Made by a program: the position numbers and the translations under genes
Notes under the pieces: model-generated
Told to the model about the DNA's origin: nothing
Databases searched by the model: none
What the model saw: only the letters and a program-made list of their open reading frames with translations
In this document: positions 16,292 to 26,038 of the stretch, in pieces
Layout of the letters: every line of letters begins with the position of its first letter
How positions within the stretch are numbered: position 1 is the first letter of the stretch
Source of the DNA: Planctomycetota bacterium
Lineage (GTDB): Bacteria > Planctomycetota > Phycisphaerae > UBA1845 > Fen-1342
Assembly (NCBI GenBank): GCA_043820985.1
Contig: JBDRDH010000032.1
Coordinates: 4,480-68,479 of the forward strand
Length of the DNA stretch: 64,000 nucleotides
Reading direction: 5' to 3'

Positions 16292-17818
16292 TCAGGCCGC
16301 GGGCCGCGCCGCGCGCCGCGGTATGTACCAATGTGTGTAAAACGTTTGAAAGGCGACATAGAAATAACCAATGATGAACATCAGCAGAAATGGTATGGCC
16401 GCCGATACCCGCGTCAGCCACTCATCAAAGAACAACAGCCCCACCAGACACGCCGTCAAATACAGGCCCATGGCCAACTCCCCCCAGGCCTGCCAGCTCT
16501 TCTTGAACTTAAAGGCCCCAGCTCGCCGCCGCCAGCCCCCCGGCTTGTTGGCTTCTTCGCCGAACTTCGGCGTGCGCACGAATTCACCGGTCTTGCCGAA
16601 GAAGCCCTCCAACGCCGCGAAGGCGTTGTTGAATGCAATCCCGATGCCCACCGCCATCAAAGCCGGTACATATTTCAAGCTGTCATACCAGCTATGCTGC
16701 TGCTCCCGCTGGCTGCAGACATAAAAGACCAGCCCGGAGCCAAAGCCCACCACGAACAACACGAACTCGATGATCACCAGCCACATCGGCTGTGGATGAT
16801 CGCCATTGATTACCTTGGCATACAGCGCCGGTCCGATCAGCAGGCTTAAAAGTACAATCAGAATGTAGACGACCCAACTGGTCAGGTGAAAAAACGACTC
16901 CAGCTTTACTTTCCAGTGCAAGTCGCTGCGCAACACCCGCGGCAATAGCTTGAGGCAGGTCTGCGCGCCCCCCTTCGTCCAACGATGCTGCTGGGCCTTG
17001 AAGGCATTCATCTCCGGCGGCAACTCCGCCGGCGACGTCAATTGCGGCAGAAAAACAAACCGCCAGCCCTTTAACTGCGCGCGATATGACAGATCCAGGT
17101 CCTCTGTCAGCGTATCATGCTGCCAACCGCCCGCGTCAGTAATCGTCGCTTTCCGCCAGATACCGGCCGTGCCGTTGAAGCTCATGAAACGACCGGTGCG
17201 ATTCCGGGCCGTGTGCTCGATCACGAAGTGCCCATCCAGTAACACGGCCTGAGCCTCAGTGAGCACCGAAAGGTCCCGGTTCAAGTGCGACCAGCGTGTC
17301 TGCACCATCCCCACCTGCTCATCCTTGAACTGGTGGATCGTGTTCTGCAGGATGTCTGTCGGTGGCAGAAAATCCGCGTCAAAAATCAACACAAACTCGC
17401 CGCGCGCCTCGGCCAGACCCGCCTCCAGGGCTCCCGCCTTGTATCCCTCCCGGTCCTCCCGATGCAGGTAAACTACATCGTGTCCCGCGGCCCGCATGCG
17501 CGCCACCGTCTCGCGGGCGATTTCCTGCGTCTCGTCCGTCGAGTCGTCCAGTACCTGGATCTCCAGGCGGTCTTGCGGATAGTCGATCTCACAGGTCCGC
17601 TCAATGATCCGCCGCGCCACGTATTGCTCGTTGAACATGGGCAGTTGGACCGTTACCGGCGGCAATTCCTCGAATACCCCATGCTGCTTGGGCGTCCGGC
17701 GACGTACCAGATAGTACAAACCAACCAGAAAGTACCGATGCAGACCATAGATGCAAACTAACGACAGCACGACTATATAAGCCGTGAGCGCCAGCGAACT
17801 TAACAACTCGACATCCAT
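16292..17818 (-). CDS. processive family-2 glycosyltransferase (cellulose-synthase-like fold)
   Basis: QLPMFNE, VLDDSTD, FDADF and the QQHRWTKG (QxxRW) motifs, with multiple TM helices at both ends. Start is ATG at 17818 or GTG at 17833. Confidence 0.85.
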   Translation of the reverse strand: MDVELLSSLALTAYIVVLSLVCIYGLHRYFLVGLYYLVRRRTPKQHGVFEELPPVTVQLPMFNEQYVARRIIERTCEIDYPQDRLEIQVLDDSTDETQEIARETVARMRAAGHDVVYLHREDREGYKAGALEAGLAEARGEFVLIFDADFLPPTDILQNTIHQFKDEQVGMVQTRWSHLNRDLSVLTEAQAVLLDGHFVIEHTARNRTGRFMSFNGTAGIWRKATITDAGGWQHDTLTEDLDLSYRAQLKGWRFVFLPQLTSPAELPPEMNAFKAQQHRWTKGGAQTCLKLLPRVLRSDLHWKVKLESFFHLTSWVVYILIVLLSLLIGPALYAKVINGDHPQPMWLVIIEFVLFVVGFGSGLVFYVCSQREQQHSWYDSLKYVPALMAVGIGIAFNNAFAALEGFFGKTGEFVRTPKFGEEANKPGGWRRRAGAFKFKKSWQAWGELAMGLYLTACLVGLLFFDEWLTRVSAAIPFLLMFIIGYFYVAFQTFYTHWYIPRRAARPAA

Positions 17819-18015
17819 CGGTACCAAACCCACCGCGTGGGGACGTAAATGTTATCCTTACTGCGCCAAACACTTATCCTAGAACACCCTGTCCAGCACT
17901 GTCAATTGCGACAGACCGTTTTCAACACGACTGTATTTGCAATATACTACCAAAGTTTACCGAACCTCGGGCATTCTGACCGGGGAGTACTAGCTCGGGA
18001 GCTGTTAATTTGACC

Positions 18016-19068
18016 ATGGATTCCAACTCTATTTCCGATACCCAGCGCCGGTCTAATCGCCAGGCCGCGATTAACCAGATGGCCGCCGAGCACCTGTCCG
18101 GGCCCAATCAAGACCTCTTCAAAGACATGCTGGTTACCCTCTGCCGGCTGGCCCGCGATGGGGCCGACCGGGGCGATATTAAGCTGCTTCACAAGGCTTT
18201 TGCCGAACTGCGCTACGCTCTCAAGGTCTTTGCCCCCTACCAGCATATCCGCAAGATCAGCATCTTCGGCTCCAGCCGCACTCCCGAGGACCACCCGGAT
18301 TACCTGGCCGCCGTCGAGTTCGCCCGCCTGATGTGCGACAACAACTGGATGGTCATCACCGGCGCCGGCGACGGCATCATGAAAGCCGGCCACCACGGGG
18401 CCGGACGCGAGGCCAGCTTCGGCGTCGCCATCCGCCTGCCCTTTGAACAGAAAACCAATACCGTCATCGCTTCCGACGAAAAACTCGTTAATTTTCGCTA
18501 TTTCTTTACTCGTAAACTCATTTTTATTAAGGAAGCTTCCGCCATCGCCCTCTTCCCCGGCGGTTTCGGTACCCAGGACGAAGGTTTCGAGGCCCTGACA
18601 CTCATCCAGACCGGCAAGGCCCCCATGATCCCCATCGTGATGGTCGAACGCCCGGGCGGAACCTACTGGCTGCAGTGGCGGGCATACGTCGCCGCCGAGC
18701 TCTTGCGCACCGGCATGGTCAGTGATCAGGACATGAACCTACTTACCATTACTGACGACGTTGCGACGGCGGCCCGGATCATCCGCGATTATTATCGCGT
18801 CTACCACTCGATGCGCAACGTTGCCAATGACCTCGTCCTGCGCCTTGAGCGGCCGCTTGCCAGTGCGACCCTCGAGCAACTCAACGATGAGTTTGGCGGC
18901 ATCATTACCGGCGGCCGCATCGAGCAATGCCCTGCTCTGCCGGCCGAAAATGGTGAATATCCCGAAAAATCCCGCCTGAAACTACGTTTCGACCGCAAGA
19001 GCTTTGGCCGGCTGCGACGCATGATCGATACCATCAACGACGCCTTCCCAGCCCCCAGCGCCAACTGA
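18016..19068 (+). CDS. LOG-family (TIGR00730-like) nucleotide-binding / nucleoside 5'-monophosphate hydrolase-like protein
   Basis: TGAGDGIMKAG and PGGFGTQDEGFEAL motifs characteristic of LOG/lysine-decarboxylase-like proteins. This is a long form with N- and C-terminal extensions. Confidence 0.8.
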   Translation: MDSNSISDTQRRSNRQAAINQMAAEHLSGPNQDLFKDMLVTLCRLARDGADRGDIKLLHKAFAELRYALKVFAPYQHIRKISIFGSSRTPEDHPDYLAAVEFARLMCDNNWMVITGAGDGIMKAGHHGAGREASFGVAIRLPFEQKTNTVIASDEKLVNFRYFFTRKLIFIKEASAIALFPGGFGTQDEGFEALTLIQTGKAPMIPIVMVERPGGTYWLQWRAYVAAELLRTGMVSDQDMNLLTITDDVATAARIIRDYYRVYHSMRNVANDLVLRLERPLASATLEQLNDEFGGIITGGRIEQCPALPAENGEYPEKSRLKLRFDRKSFGRLRRMIDTINDAFPAPSAN

Positions 19069-19337
19069 ACCAAGCCCCGACGCACCCGAGAATGTGAAAA
19101 TCCTCGAAAAAAACAGTGTTTTACACTGACTTTACCCCCAAAACCCCTTGACTAAAGGCCCAAACCGTGCGAGAAGTTCTGCGTATTGGCGCGCTCGGCG
19201 CCTGCCGCAATGTAACACATGACAGTTTGTAGCTTGTCTAGTATTGGTTTTTTGTCCACGGTTGGAACGTCAGGTTCCATATATCAGGCAGCGGCACTGT
19301 GGAATTGTGACCGATCTGTCTGGGAGGAAGAGCAAGG

Positions 19338-19682
19338 ATGGCAACAGCAAAGAGTAAAACCAAGAAAGCAACTGAAGCCAAGAAACCCCGCACCAAGTCC
19401 GAGATCTATGCCGAGATGGCGGAATCCGCCGGCATCACCCGCAAGCAGTTGGCTTCGGCCTTTGACTGCATGTCCGGGTTGATGAAGAAAGATCTCTCCC
19501 GCGGACCCAAGGTCTTCACGGTCCCCGGCCTCATGAAGGTCACCGTGACTCACAAACCCGCCACCAAGGCGCGCAAGGGCGTCAACCCCTTCACCAATGA
19601 ACCCTGCGTCTTCAAGGCCAAACCGGCCCGCAAGATCGTCAAGGTCCGTCCGCTCAAGGCGCTCAAGGACATGGTGAACTGA
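19338..19682 (+). CDS. HU/IHF-family DNA-binding protein with a Lys-rich N-terminal tail
   Basis: HU-fold pattern (GITRKQLASAFDCM...VPGLMKVTVTHKPATKARKGVNPFTNE) preceded by KSKTKKATEAKKPRTK. A purine-rich SD lies upstream. Confidence 0.8.
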   Translation: MATAKSKTKKATEAKKPRTKSEIYAEMAESAGITRKQLASAFDCMSGLMKKDLSRGPKVFTVPGLMKVTVTHKPATKARKGVNPFTNEPCVFKAKPARKIVKVRPLKALKDMVN

Positions 19683-19699
19683 GCATGATGGTACACCCG

Positions 19700-19724
19700 G
19701 GCGCCGGCTGATCCGGCCGGCGCC
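19700..19724. terminator. GC-rich hairpin between convergent genes (possible bidirectional terminator, no U tract)
   Basis: GGCGCCGGC, a 7-nt loop (19709-19715), then GCCGGCGCC (perfect 9-bp stem), 18 nt after the HU stop. A second palindrome, CCCCCCCCGGGGGG, lies at 19756-19769. Confidence 0.35.
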
Positions 19725-19809
19725 ACGGTGTTGCCGGTCTTCAACAGAATCACTTCCCCCCCCGGGGGGCGAACTGCTTGACTGCCGGTTACCACGCCCC
19801 ACTTGATAG

Positions 19810-20610
19810 TTATGAATCCCCATTCCGCGCTCGCCGCGGAGCCCCCTCGGACTCGTGGCGGTTGCGCAGTTCGTCATGCAAACGCGCCGCGGTCTCAAAA
19901 TCATCATTCTCGATCGCTTCTTCCAGACGTTCGCGTAACGTCTCCTGGATACCGTACTCCTGACGCAAACGCGCCTCCAGGTTGCGTAAAAAGGTCACCC
20001 CCGGATCCTGGTTACACTGCTCTTCATCCAGCCCCAATTCCAGCAGCAAGCCCCCGATGCGATCTGCCGCCAGACCGGCTTCTTCGATCGCTTCCTCGTA
20101 ATGCCCGGCGATTATCCGAGCTTGCACGCCCAGCCGCCCCTGGTGGAATATCAGGGTCGGCTTCAGCGCGAAACTTCCGTTGCCGAGAGTATCCCCCTCG
20201 CTCTCCTGCGCCGTCTGCAGACAGTCCAGGCACGTGTCAATGTCGCGCAAAGCTCGACGGACATGACTCGCTGCCCCCTCAACGTCACCCTGAGTCAGGC
20301 TCTCCTCCAGGATGCTCGACAGCGCCAACCGGCGATAATTGATCTGAAACAACTCGCGTTCCAGCTCACGCCAGTCGTCCGTGGGAACTCTTCCATGCAG
20401 CCGCAATTCGTGCCGGATGTGATCCAGCGCGCCGGGCATACCCCGATATCGGCGACCATCCGGCCGACCGTCCGGAAACATCTGCATCAAGCCCAGATCC
20501 ACGCGCAGTTGCAGCAACTCCTGGCCGTCGCGACCCACTACCAGACGGGCCGATATCTCTCCCGGCGGGCAGTTCCAGTCAGCGGTTAACTCTTGCAGAT
20601 CAAGCGTCAT
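19810..20610 (-). CDS. hypothetical protein with C-terminal UVR (UvrB/UvrC-type) motif
   Basis: 266-aa ORF. The C-terminal DDFETAARLHDELRN matches the UVR motif. The rest is unassigned. Confidence 0.6.
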   Translation of the reverse strand: MTLDLQELTADWNCPPGEISARLVVGRDGQELLQLRVDLGLMQMFPDGRPDGRRYRGMPGALDHIRHELRLHGRVPTDDWRELERELFQINYRRLALSSILEESLTQGDVEGAASHVRRALRDIDTCLDCLQTAQESEGDTLGNGSFALKPTLIFHQGRLGVQARIIAGHYEEAIEEAGLAADRIGGLLLELGLDEEQCNQDPGVTFLRNLEARLRQEYGIQETLRERLEEAIENDDFETAARLHDELRNRHESEGAPRRARNGDS

Positions 20611-20776
20611 CGCGGATCACCATGTGCTGATTCCTCGTGCTCTATCGACCGCTTCCACCAGCACCTGCAATCCACTGCCGGAACACATTCCGGAGATAAT
20701 CGGACGCGCATGAAATACCGCCCGACAGCTCTTATGACTGCCGGGCGAATCTGTAAGGTAGCAGTGTCGCGCGGCC

Positions 20777-22288
20777 TTAACGCCCCTTCAACTCACTCAC
20801 AATCCCGTTGACCATCTTCTTCGCGTCGCCAAACAACATCACCGTGTTCGGCAGGAAGAACAACTCGTTCTGAATGCCGGCGAAGCCCGGATTCAGGCTC
20901 CGCTTGCACACCATCACCGTGCGCGCCTTGTCCACGTCGAAGATCGGCATGCCATGAATCTGGCTGCCCGGATTCCGCGCGTCCGGGTTCACCACGTCGT
21001 TGGCCCCAATGACCAGCGCCACATCGCACTGCTCCATCTCCGAGTTCAACTCCAGGTCAGCCAGGTGCTCATATGGCACGTTCGCTTCCGCCAGCAACAC
21101 GTTCATGTGCCCCGGCATGCGCCCCGCCACCGGGTGTACGCCATACTTCACCTCAACTCCCCGGCCGGTCAGCAACTCGGCCAGCTCGGCCACGGCGTGC
21201 TGCGCCTGCGCCACCGCCATGCCATATCCGGGGATGATAAACACCTTCCGCGCCGCCTCCAGCACCATGGCCGCTTCTTCCGCGTCCATCTGCCGTACCG
21301 ACTTGCCCTCGGCGGAACTCGTCGCCCCGGCGGTCGCCACATCCTGCCCAAAGCCGCCCGCCAGGACGTTCACCAGCGACCGGTTCATCGCCTTGCACAT
21401 GATCTTCGTCAGGATCAGGCCCGACGCGCCCACCAGCGAACCACTGATAATCAGACCTGTGTTGTGCAGCACGAACCCCGCCGCACACGCCGCCAGACCC
21501 GAGTACGAGTTCAGCAGCGAAACCACTACGGGCATGTCCGCCCCGCCGATCGGAATCGTCAGCAGCACACCCAGCACCGCCGCGATCACGATGATCAGGA
21601 TATTGGCCCACTGTGCCCCGGGGTCCCTGGCGACCGCCGTCGCCAACCCGACCACGACCAGAATCAACACCAGGTTCAGCAAATGTTGCATCGGAAACGT
21701 CAGCGGATTCCCCAAACGCACGCCGCCAATCGTCATCCCGCGCAGCTTACCGAACGCAATCACACTGCCCGTGAATGTCACCATGCCGATCAGCAGCGTC
21801 AGCGCGATCGTGATCCGGGCATCCATCAGATGCTCATTGAAATCATTCACCCGCCAGTATTCCGCGATGGCCACTACCGCCGACGCCAGCCCGCCCGAGC
21901 CGTTGAACAGCGCTACCATTTCCGGCATGCCGGTCATGGGCACGGCCCGCGCCGCGTACGCGCCGATCGCCGCCCCCACCACGAACCCGATGATAATCGT
22001 CGTGTAGCCCACCACCCCCTGCGCGGCCAGCGTGATCGCCACGGCGATCAGCATCCCCATCGCCGCCACGCGATTGCCCCGCCGGGCCGTCCGCGGGGAC
22101 GACAGCATCTTCAAACCAAACACAAAGAAAATCGCCGCCAGCGCATACGCCAGCTTGATTACAAAGTCACGCCCGGCCCCCGTGCTCGTACCCGCGACGG
22201 TCTCCAGCACCGCCTGCGTGTCCGGCGCGCGCTCGAGCACTCCTTGCGCCAGGAGGAGACCGGGTATCGTGAGAATCCGCGACATCAT
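20777..22288 (-). CDS. pntB: NAD(P) transhydrogenase subunit beta
   Basis: Multi-TM N-terminal half and a C-terminal dIII domain with GYGMAVAQAQH and MNVLLAEANVPY. Confidence 0.95.
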   Translation of the reverse strand: MMSRILTIPGLLLAQGVLERAPDTQAVLETVAGTSTGAGRDFVIKLAYALAAIFFVFGLKMLSSPRTARRGNRVAAMGMLIAVAITLAAQGVVGYTTIIIGFVVGAAIGAYAARAVPMTGMPEMVALFNGSGGLASAVVAIAEYWRVNDFNEHLMDARITIALTLLIGMVTFTGSVIAFGKLRGMTIGGVRLGNPLTFPMQHLLNLVLILVVVGLATAVARDPGAQWANILIIVIAAVLGVLLTIPIGGADMPVVVSLLNSYSGLAACAAGFVLHNTGLIISGSLVGASGLILTKIMCKAMNRSLVNVLAGGFGQDVATAGATSSAEGKSVRQMDAEEAAMVLEAARKVFIIPGYGMAVAQAQHAVAELAELLTGRGVEVKYGVHPVAGRMPGHMNVLLAEANVPYEHLADLELNSEMEQCDVALVIGANDVVNPDARNPGSQIHGMPIFDVDKARTVMVCKRSLNPGFAGIQNELFFLPNTVMLFGDAKKMVNGIVSELKGR

Positions 22289-22295
22289 CGGCCTC

Positions 22296-22619
22296 TTATT
22301 TCCTGCTGAACATCGCCAGCATGCGATCTGTTACCAGGAATCCACCAACCACATTGACCGTGGCGAATACCATGGCCAGGAAACCGAAGACCGTGCTGAT
22401 CCTGCCAAAATCTCCCCCCGCGATCAACAAGGCCCCCACGATCGTGATGCCCGAGATAGCGTTCGACCCCGACATCAGCGGCGTATGCAGCGTGGCCGGT
22501 ACTTTCGAAATCACCTCGAACCCCAGCAGAATCGCCAGCAGGAATACCACCAGGTGCACGGCCAGCGGCCCCAGAACGCTGCTCGCCGGCTCCGCTTGCG
22601 CCACCACCTCGATCAACAT
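22296..22619 (-). CDS. pntAB: NAD(P) transhydrogenase subunit alpha part 2 (membrane)
   Basis: Sequence MLIEVV...HTPLMSGSNAISGITIVGALL is typical of PntAB. Its ATG at 22619 overlaps the pntAA stop by 1 nt (TGATG). Confidence 0.85.
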   Translation of the reverse strand: MLIEVVAQAEPASSVLGPLAVHLVVFLLAILLGFEVISKVPATLHTPLMSGSNAISGITIVGALLIAGGDFGRISTVFGFLAMVFATVNVVGGFLVTDRMLAMFSRK

Positions 22620-23776
22620 CAGTTCCCACCGCCTTCCAACGCTTTCCGCGCCCCCGCGTGCCAAACCTGGCCGTCATGCGTGATCAACGCCCCCGCGATG
22701 ATCTCGTCCTCCAGGTTCAGGTCAAACTCATTGTCTTTCCAGAACTCCAGCACAAACGCCGTCAGGTTCCGCGAAAAAAGCGTGCTGCCGTGCAGCGGCA
22801 TGTCCGACGGCAGATTCAGCGGCGCGCATATCGTTACGCCGTGCCTGACCACGGTCTGACCGGGCTCCGTCAACACGCAATTACCCCCCGCCGTCGCCGC
22901 CAGGTCAACAATCACCGACCCCGGCTGCATGCCTTTGACCATCTTCTCGGTGATCAGCTTTGGCGCCTTGATCCCGCCGATCAACGCCGTCGTGATGACC
23001 ACATCATTCGCCGCGCACTGCGCGCCGATCAACTCCGCCTGCTGGCGATAGAACTCCTGCGACAGCTCCTTGGCATAGCCGCTTGCCGTCTGCGCGTCCT
23101 CTTCACTCTCCACGCCCACGTACTTACCCCCCAAACTGGCAATCTGCTCGGCGACCGCCTGCCGCGTATCCGTCGCCGACACCGACGCCCCCAAGCGCCG
23201 CGCCGTCGCGATCGCTTGCAGGCCGGACACCCCGGCTCCGATCACGAACACCTTCGCCGCGAGGATCGTCCCCGCCGCGGTCATGAACATCGGAAAGTAC
23301 TTGCCCAACTCGTTGGCCGCGATCAGCACCGCCTTGTAACCCGCGATGTTCGCCATCGACGACAACGTGTCCATTGACTGCGCGCGTGTAATCCGCGGAA
23401 TACTGTCCGTGGCGAACGCACTGACGCCTCGCTCGGCCAACCGCTTGACCGTCTCCAGACAGACCAGCGGCTGCATCGAGCACAACAACATCCCGCCCGC
23501 GCGCAGCAACTCAACCTCATGCTTCCCCGCGCCGGGATGATCCGTCGGTGGCTGGACCTTCAAGACCAGGTCGGCCCCACCCAGCAGCGCTGCTACATCC
23601 GCGTCCAGCCGCGCGCCGGCCTCCTCGTATTGACCGTCCGCCAGAAAAGCCGACTCACCCGCGCCCCGCTCGACCACCACCTCGACCCCAGCCTTCACCA
23701 GCTTCTTCACCGACTCGGGAACCAGCGCCACGCGGCGTTCATCGTCCCGCACCTCTCGTGGAACCGCTATTATCAT
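22619..23776 (-). CDS. pntAA: NAD(P) transhydrogenase subunit alpha part 1
   Basis: MIIAVPRE start (ATG at 23776), the alanine-dehydrogenase/PNT fold, and the GAGVSGLQAIATARRLGA Rossmann motif. Confidence 0.9.
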   Translation of the reverse strand: MIIAVPREVRDDERRVALVPESVKKLVKAGVEVVVERGAGESAFLADGQYEEAGARLDADVAALLGGADLVLKVQPPTDHPGAGKHEVELLRAGGMLLCSMQPLVCLETVKRLAERGVSAFATDSIPRITRAQSMDTLSSMANIAGYKAVLIAANELGKYFPMFMTAAGTILAAKVFVIGAGVSGLQAIATARRLGASVSATDTRQAVAEQIASLGGKYVGVESEEDAQTASGYAKELSQEFYRQQAELIGAQCAANDVVITTALIGGIKAPKLITEKMVKGMQPGSVIVDLAATAGGNCVLTEPGQTVVRHGVTICAPLNLPSDMPLHGSTLFSRNLTAFVLEFWKDNEFDLNLEDEIIAGALITHDGQVWHAGARKALEGGGN

Positions 23777-23970
23777 CACTGCCTCATGGTTGTGGTGTGC
23801 TATTCCGCCGCCGCAAACGGCCCGCTTACGGCGACCAGACACGAACTCGGGAATATAAATCCCCAAACAATTCTATGATACCCCCCAAATGCAGACTCGC
23901 CACACAAGCAGAGATTACCCCCCGAATCCACTACTCACACGAATTCCAGATAGAAGCTACGTAGTCAAGA

Positions 23971-23994
23971 GTAGCGGCCGCCCTCTGTGGCGGC
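23971..23994. repeat. REP-like hairpin unit, family B (inverted copy)
   Basis: GTAGCGGCCGCCCTCTGTGGCGGC is the reverse complement, with one base fewer, of the 31-bp tandem unit at 37282-37430. It lies in the nadD-pntAA intergenic region. Confidence 0.7.
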
Positions 23995-24060
23995 CGTCGG
24001 ATGAAGGAGAAGCTAACGCGCCAGCGCGAGGAGTCGCGCGAGCTCAAAACGTGATCGGTA

Positions 24061-24675
24061 TCACACATAGAGCCCGCATTCACCCACGTACGCCCGCACT
24101 GCTTCCGGAACCAGGTAACGTATGCTCTTGCCCGCGCGCACACGCTGCCGGATGTCCGTCGAACTCACATCCACCAGCGGGCTCTCCACGACCGACCGCC
24201 GCAGCCGCTCGATCTGTTCCGCCGACAGCGGCCCCGCCAACCCAGAGAGGTCCGGCTCCTCAAATCCCGGCCGCCCCGCCGTCACGACCGTGCACAACTC
24301 GACCAACTCGCCAACCCGGTACCACGTCCCTAGTTCCACCAGGCTATCCATGCCTACCAGCCAGTACAGCTCCGTATTGGCCGGATCCGATCTGAGAAAA
24401 TGACGCACGGTATGCAGGGTATATGTGATGCTCCCCTGGCGGATCTCCCAATCACTGACCGCAAAGCTCGGATCATCAGCCACCGCCAGCCGGCACATGG
24501 CCAATCGATCCTCCGCTGGCGCTAATACCTGGTTGAGCTTATGTGGCGGATTGGCCCCCGGTATCAAAACTACGCGGTCAATCTCCAATTGCTCGGCCAC
24601 GAAACGGCTGACGATCAGATGACCGACGTGGATCGGATCGAAAGAGCCCCCGAAGAGCAGTTCCCTGGCCAACAC
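24061..24675 (-). CDS. nadD: nicotinate-nucleotide adenylyltransferase
   Basis: GGSFDPIHVGHL nucleotidyltransferase motif and C-terminal SSTDIR. GTG start. Confidence 0.9.
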   Translation of the reverse strand: MLARELLFGGSFDPIHVGHLIVSRFVAEQLEIDRVVLIPGANPPHKLNQVLAPAEDRLAMCRLAVADDPSFAVSDWEIRQGSITYTLHTVRHFLRSDPANTELYWLVGMDSLVELGTWYRVGELVELCTVVTAGRPGFEEPDLSGLAGPLSAEQIERLRRSVVESPLVDVSSTDIRQRVRAGKSIRYLVPEAVRAYVGECGLYV

Positions 24676-24699
24676 CGCACTCCCACAAGTGACCGGTAT

Positions 24700-25365
24700 C
24701 TACTCTGAACGCTTGTGCGCTACCAACTCCAATCGCTGTACAACTTCCGGAATCTCGTCGAGCTGCGGGTGAATACGTAATGCGTTCCGATAATGAAATA
24801 GCGCCCGCTTGTAATTGCCGCGCTCGACGTAAACGTGCCCCAGATTAACCGCCGCCAGGTAATGATATTGATTGCGCCGTAATGCCTGACGGAATGCCGT
24901 GCTCGCCGCCGCCAACCGTTCCAGGAAGAACAGTACTATTCCACGTTGGTGATGTGCCTCTGCGAAATCCGGCTCGCAAGTAGACAATTCGTCCAGCACA
25001 ACCAGTGCCGCGAGATAATCCTCATCGCGAATCCGTTCGATTGCCGTTACCAACTGTTGATTCCCCGCCGCTGAGCCGGCGCGCATCCAGATCAGCCACA
25101 GGCTGTTTTCCGCCGTCTGTACCAACTCGGGATCTTCCGCTCTTAAGGCACTGACCAATGCGCGGCAGTCCCGCAATGAGCCCTGTAGTCCTAAACATAC
25201 CGCTGCCGCCCGTGCTATATCGCCGGTGCCAGTGGCCAGTAATCGTGCTAGACCGTCCGTGTCACATTCCGATAATAGTAATTGAACTACCGCCCCCAGG
25301 TCGGCACCGCCGGTCAACGCTTCGGCATGTTCGGTCAGTTGATTACTTGCACCGTCGCGAGACAC
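24700..25365 (-). CDS. TPR-repeat protein
   Basis: TPR signatures such as FAEAHHQRGIVLF and AVNLGHVYVERGNYKRALFHYRNALRIHPQ. The stop lies 24 nt upstream of nadD. Confidence 0.7.
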   Translation of the reverse strand: MSRDGASNQLTEHAEALTGGADLGAVVQLLLSECDTDGLARLLATGTGDIARAAAVCLGLQGSLRDCRALVSALRAEDPELVQTAENSLWLIWMRAGSAAGNQQLVTAIERIRDEDYLAALVVLDELSTCEPDFAEAHHQRGIVLFFLERLAAASTAFRQALRRNQYHYLAAVNLGHVYVERGNYKRALFHYRNALRIHPQLDEIPEVVQRLELVAHKRSE

Positions 25366-25627
25366 TAACGGCTCTCCCTAACCACCGCCAGTTCCACGGC
25401 GGTCACGTCCACCCTTTAATTTGATCTCTCGGGACCTGCATGTCAGGCGGCACACTTCCACCACGCAGCCCGCATCACAGTAGCCGAGTTGCACTTGATC
25501 CTAGGCGGCTGTTTCGCCATCGTCAAACTACAGCAAAGGACTTCATGCTCTCTATAGCACGTGTGCCCGAAAAAGGCTCAATCTCAAATTCTCATCCTTT
25601 TATCAGATTAGGCTCCCGCCCGTGTAG

Positions 25628-25651
25628 TGTGGGACCGGTTTGTAACCGGTC
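25628..25651 (-). repeat. REP-like hairpin unit, family A
   Basis: The minus strand reads GACCGGTTACAAACCGGTCCCACA. Compare the copies at 37435 and 44003. Confidence 0.7.
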
Positions 25652-25980
25652 AATAAATAGCGCCAGTGTGTAGGACTTGTCCGCACCTGGTGACTGGCCG
25701 TCTTGGCCGTGTGCAACCGCGTATATCGGCTACCGCCGATCTTTATACATTGCTAAACTGCTATGATATTATAGGACTATATTGTTGCATATACAATGAT
25801 GAATTGACGGAAATAGCGACGCCCGTCGAATCGCACCTGCAAGGGACGGCGGAAGCCGCCATTCACAGGCTCCAAACGGGCGCCACCAAGTTAAGTATCG
25901 ACCAGCTTTTCCCGGAAATCAAGTCCTGTACTATCCCCCCTCCATCCCCGCTCCTCAACCCTCTCACACATCAACAAGAC

Positions 25981-26009
25981 GGCGGAAGTGTTCCGCGAAC
26001 ACCTCCGCC
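25981..26009 (-). terminator. hairpin 3' of the sigma-factor gene (terminator candidate)
   Basis: GGCGGAAGTGTTC, loop CGC, GAACACCTCCGCC (13-bp stem with one mismatch), about 30 nt downstream of the stop at 26039. The flanks are only weakly T-rich. Confidence 0.35.
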
Positions 26010-26038
26010 GCTCTGTTATTTCGGTGTGGCCTTATGTC

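Noticed and set aside
19107-19128. A7 run followed by the CAGTGT-TTT-ACACTG hairpin, which would be a minus-strand terminator.
   Set aside because: The stem is only 6 bp with a 3-nt loop and is AT-rich. No minus-strand gene ends upstream of it.
20954-22309. 451-aa ORF on the plus strand.
   Set aside because: It is entirely antisense to pntB, which has unmistakable transhydrogenase motifs. Its translation is R/H/Q/P-rich and low-complexity, typical of a shadow ORF in GC-rich DNA.
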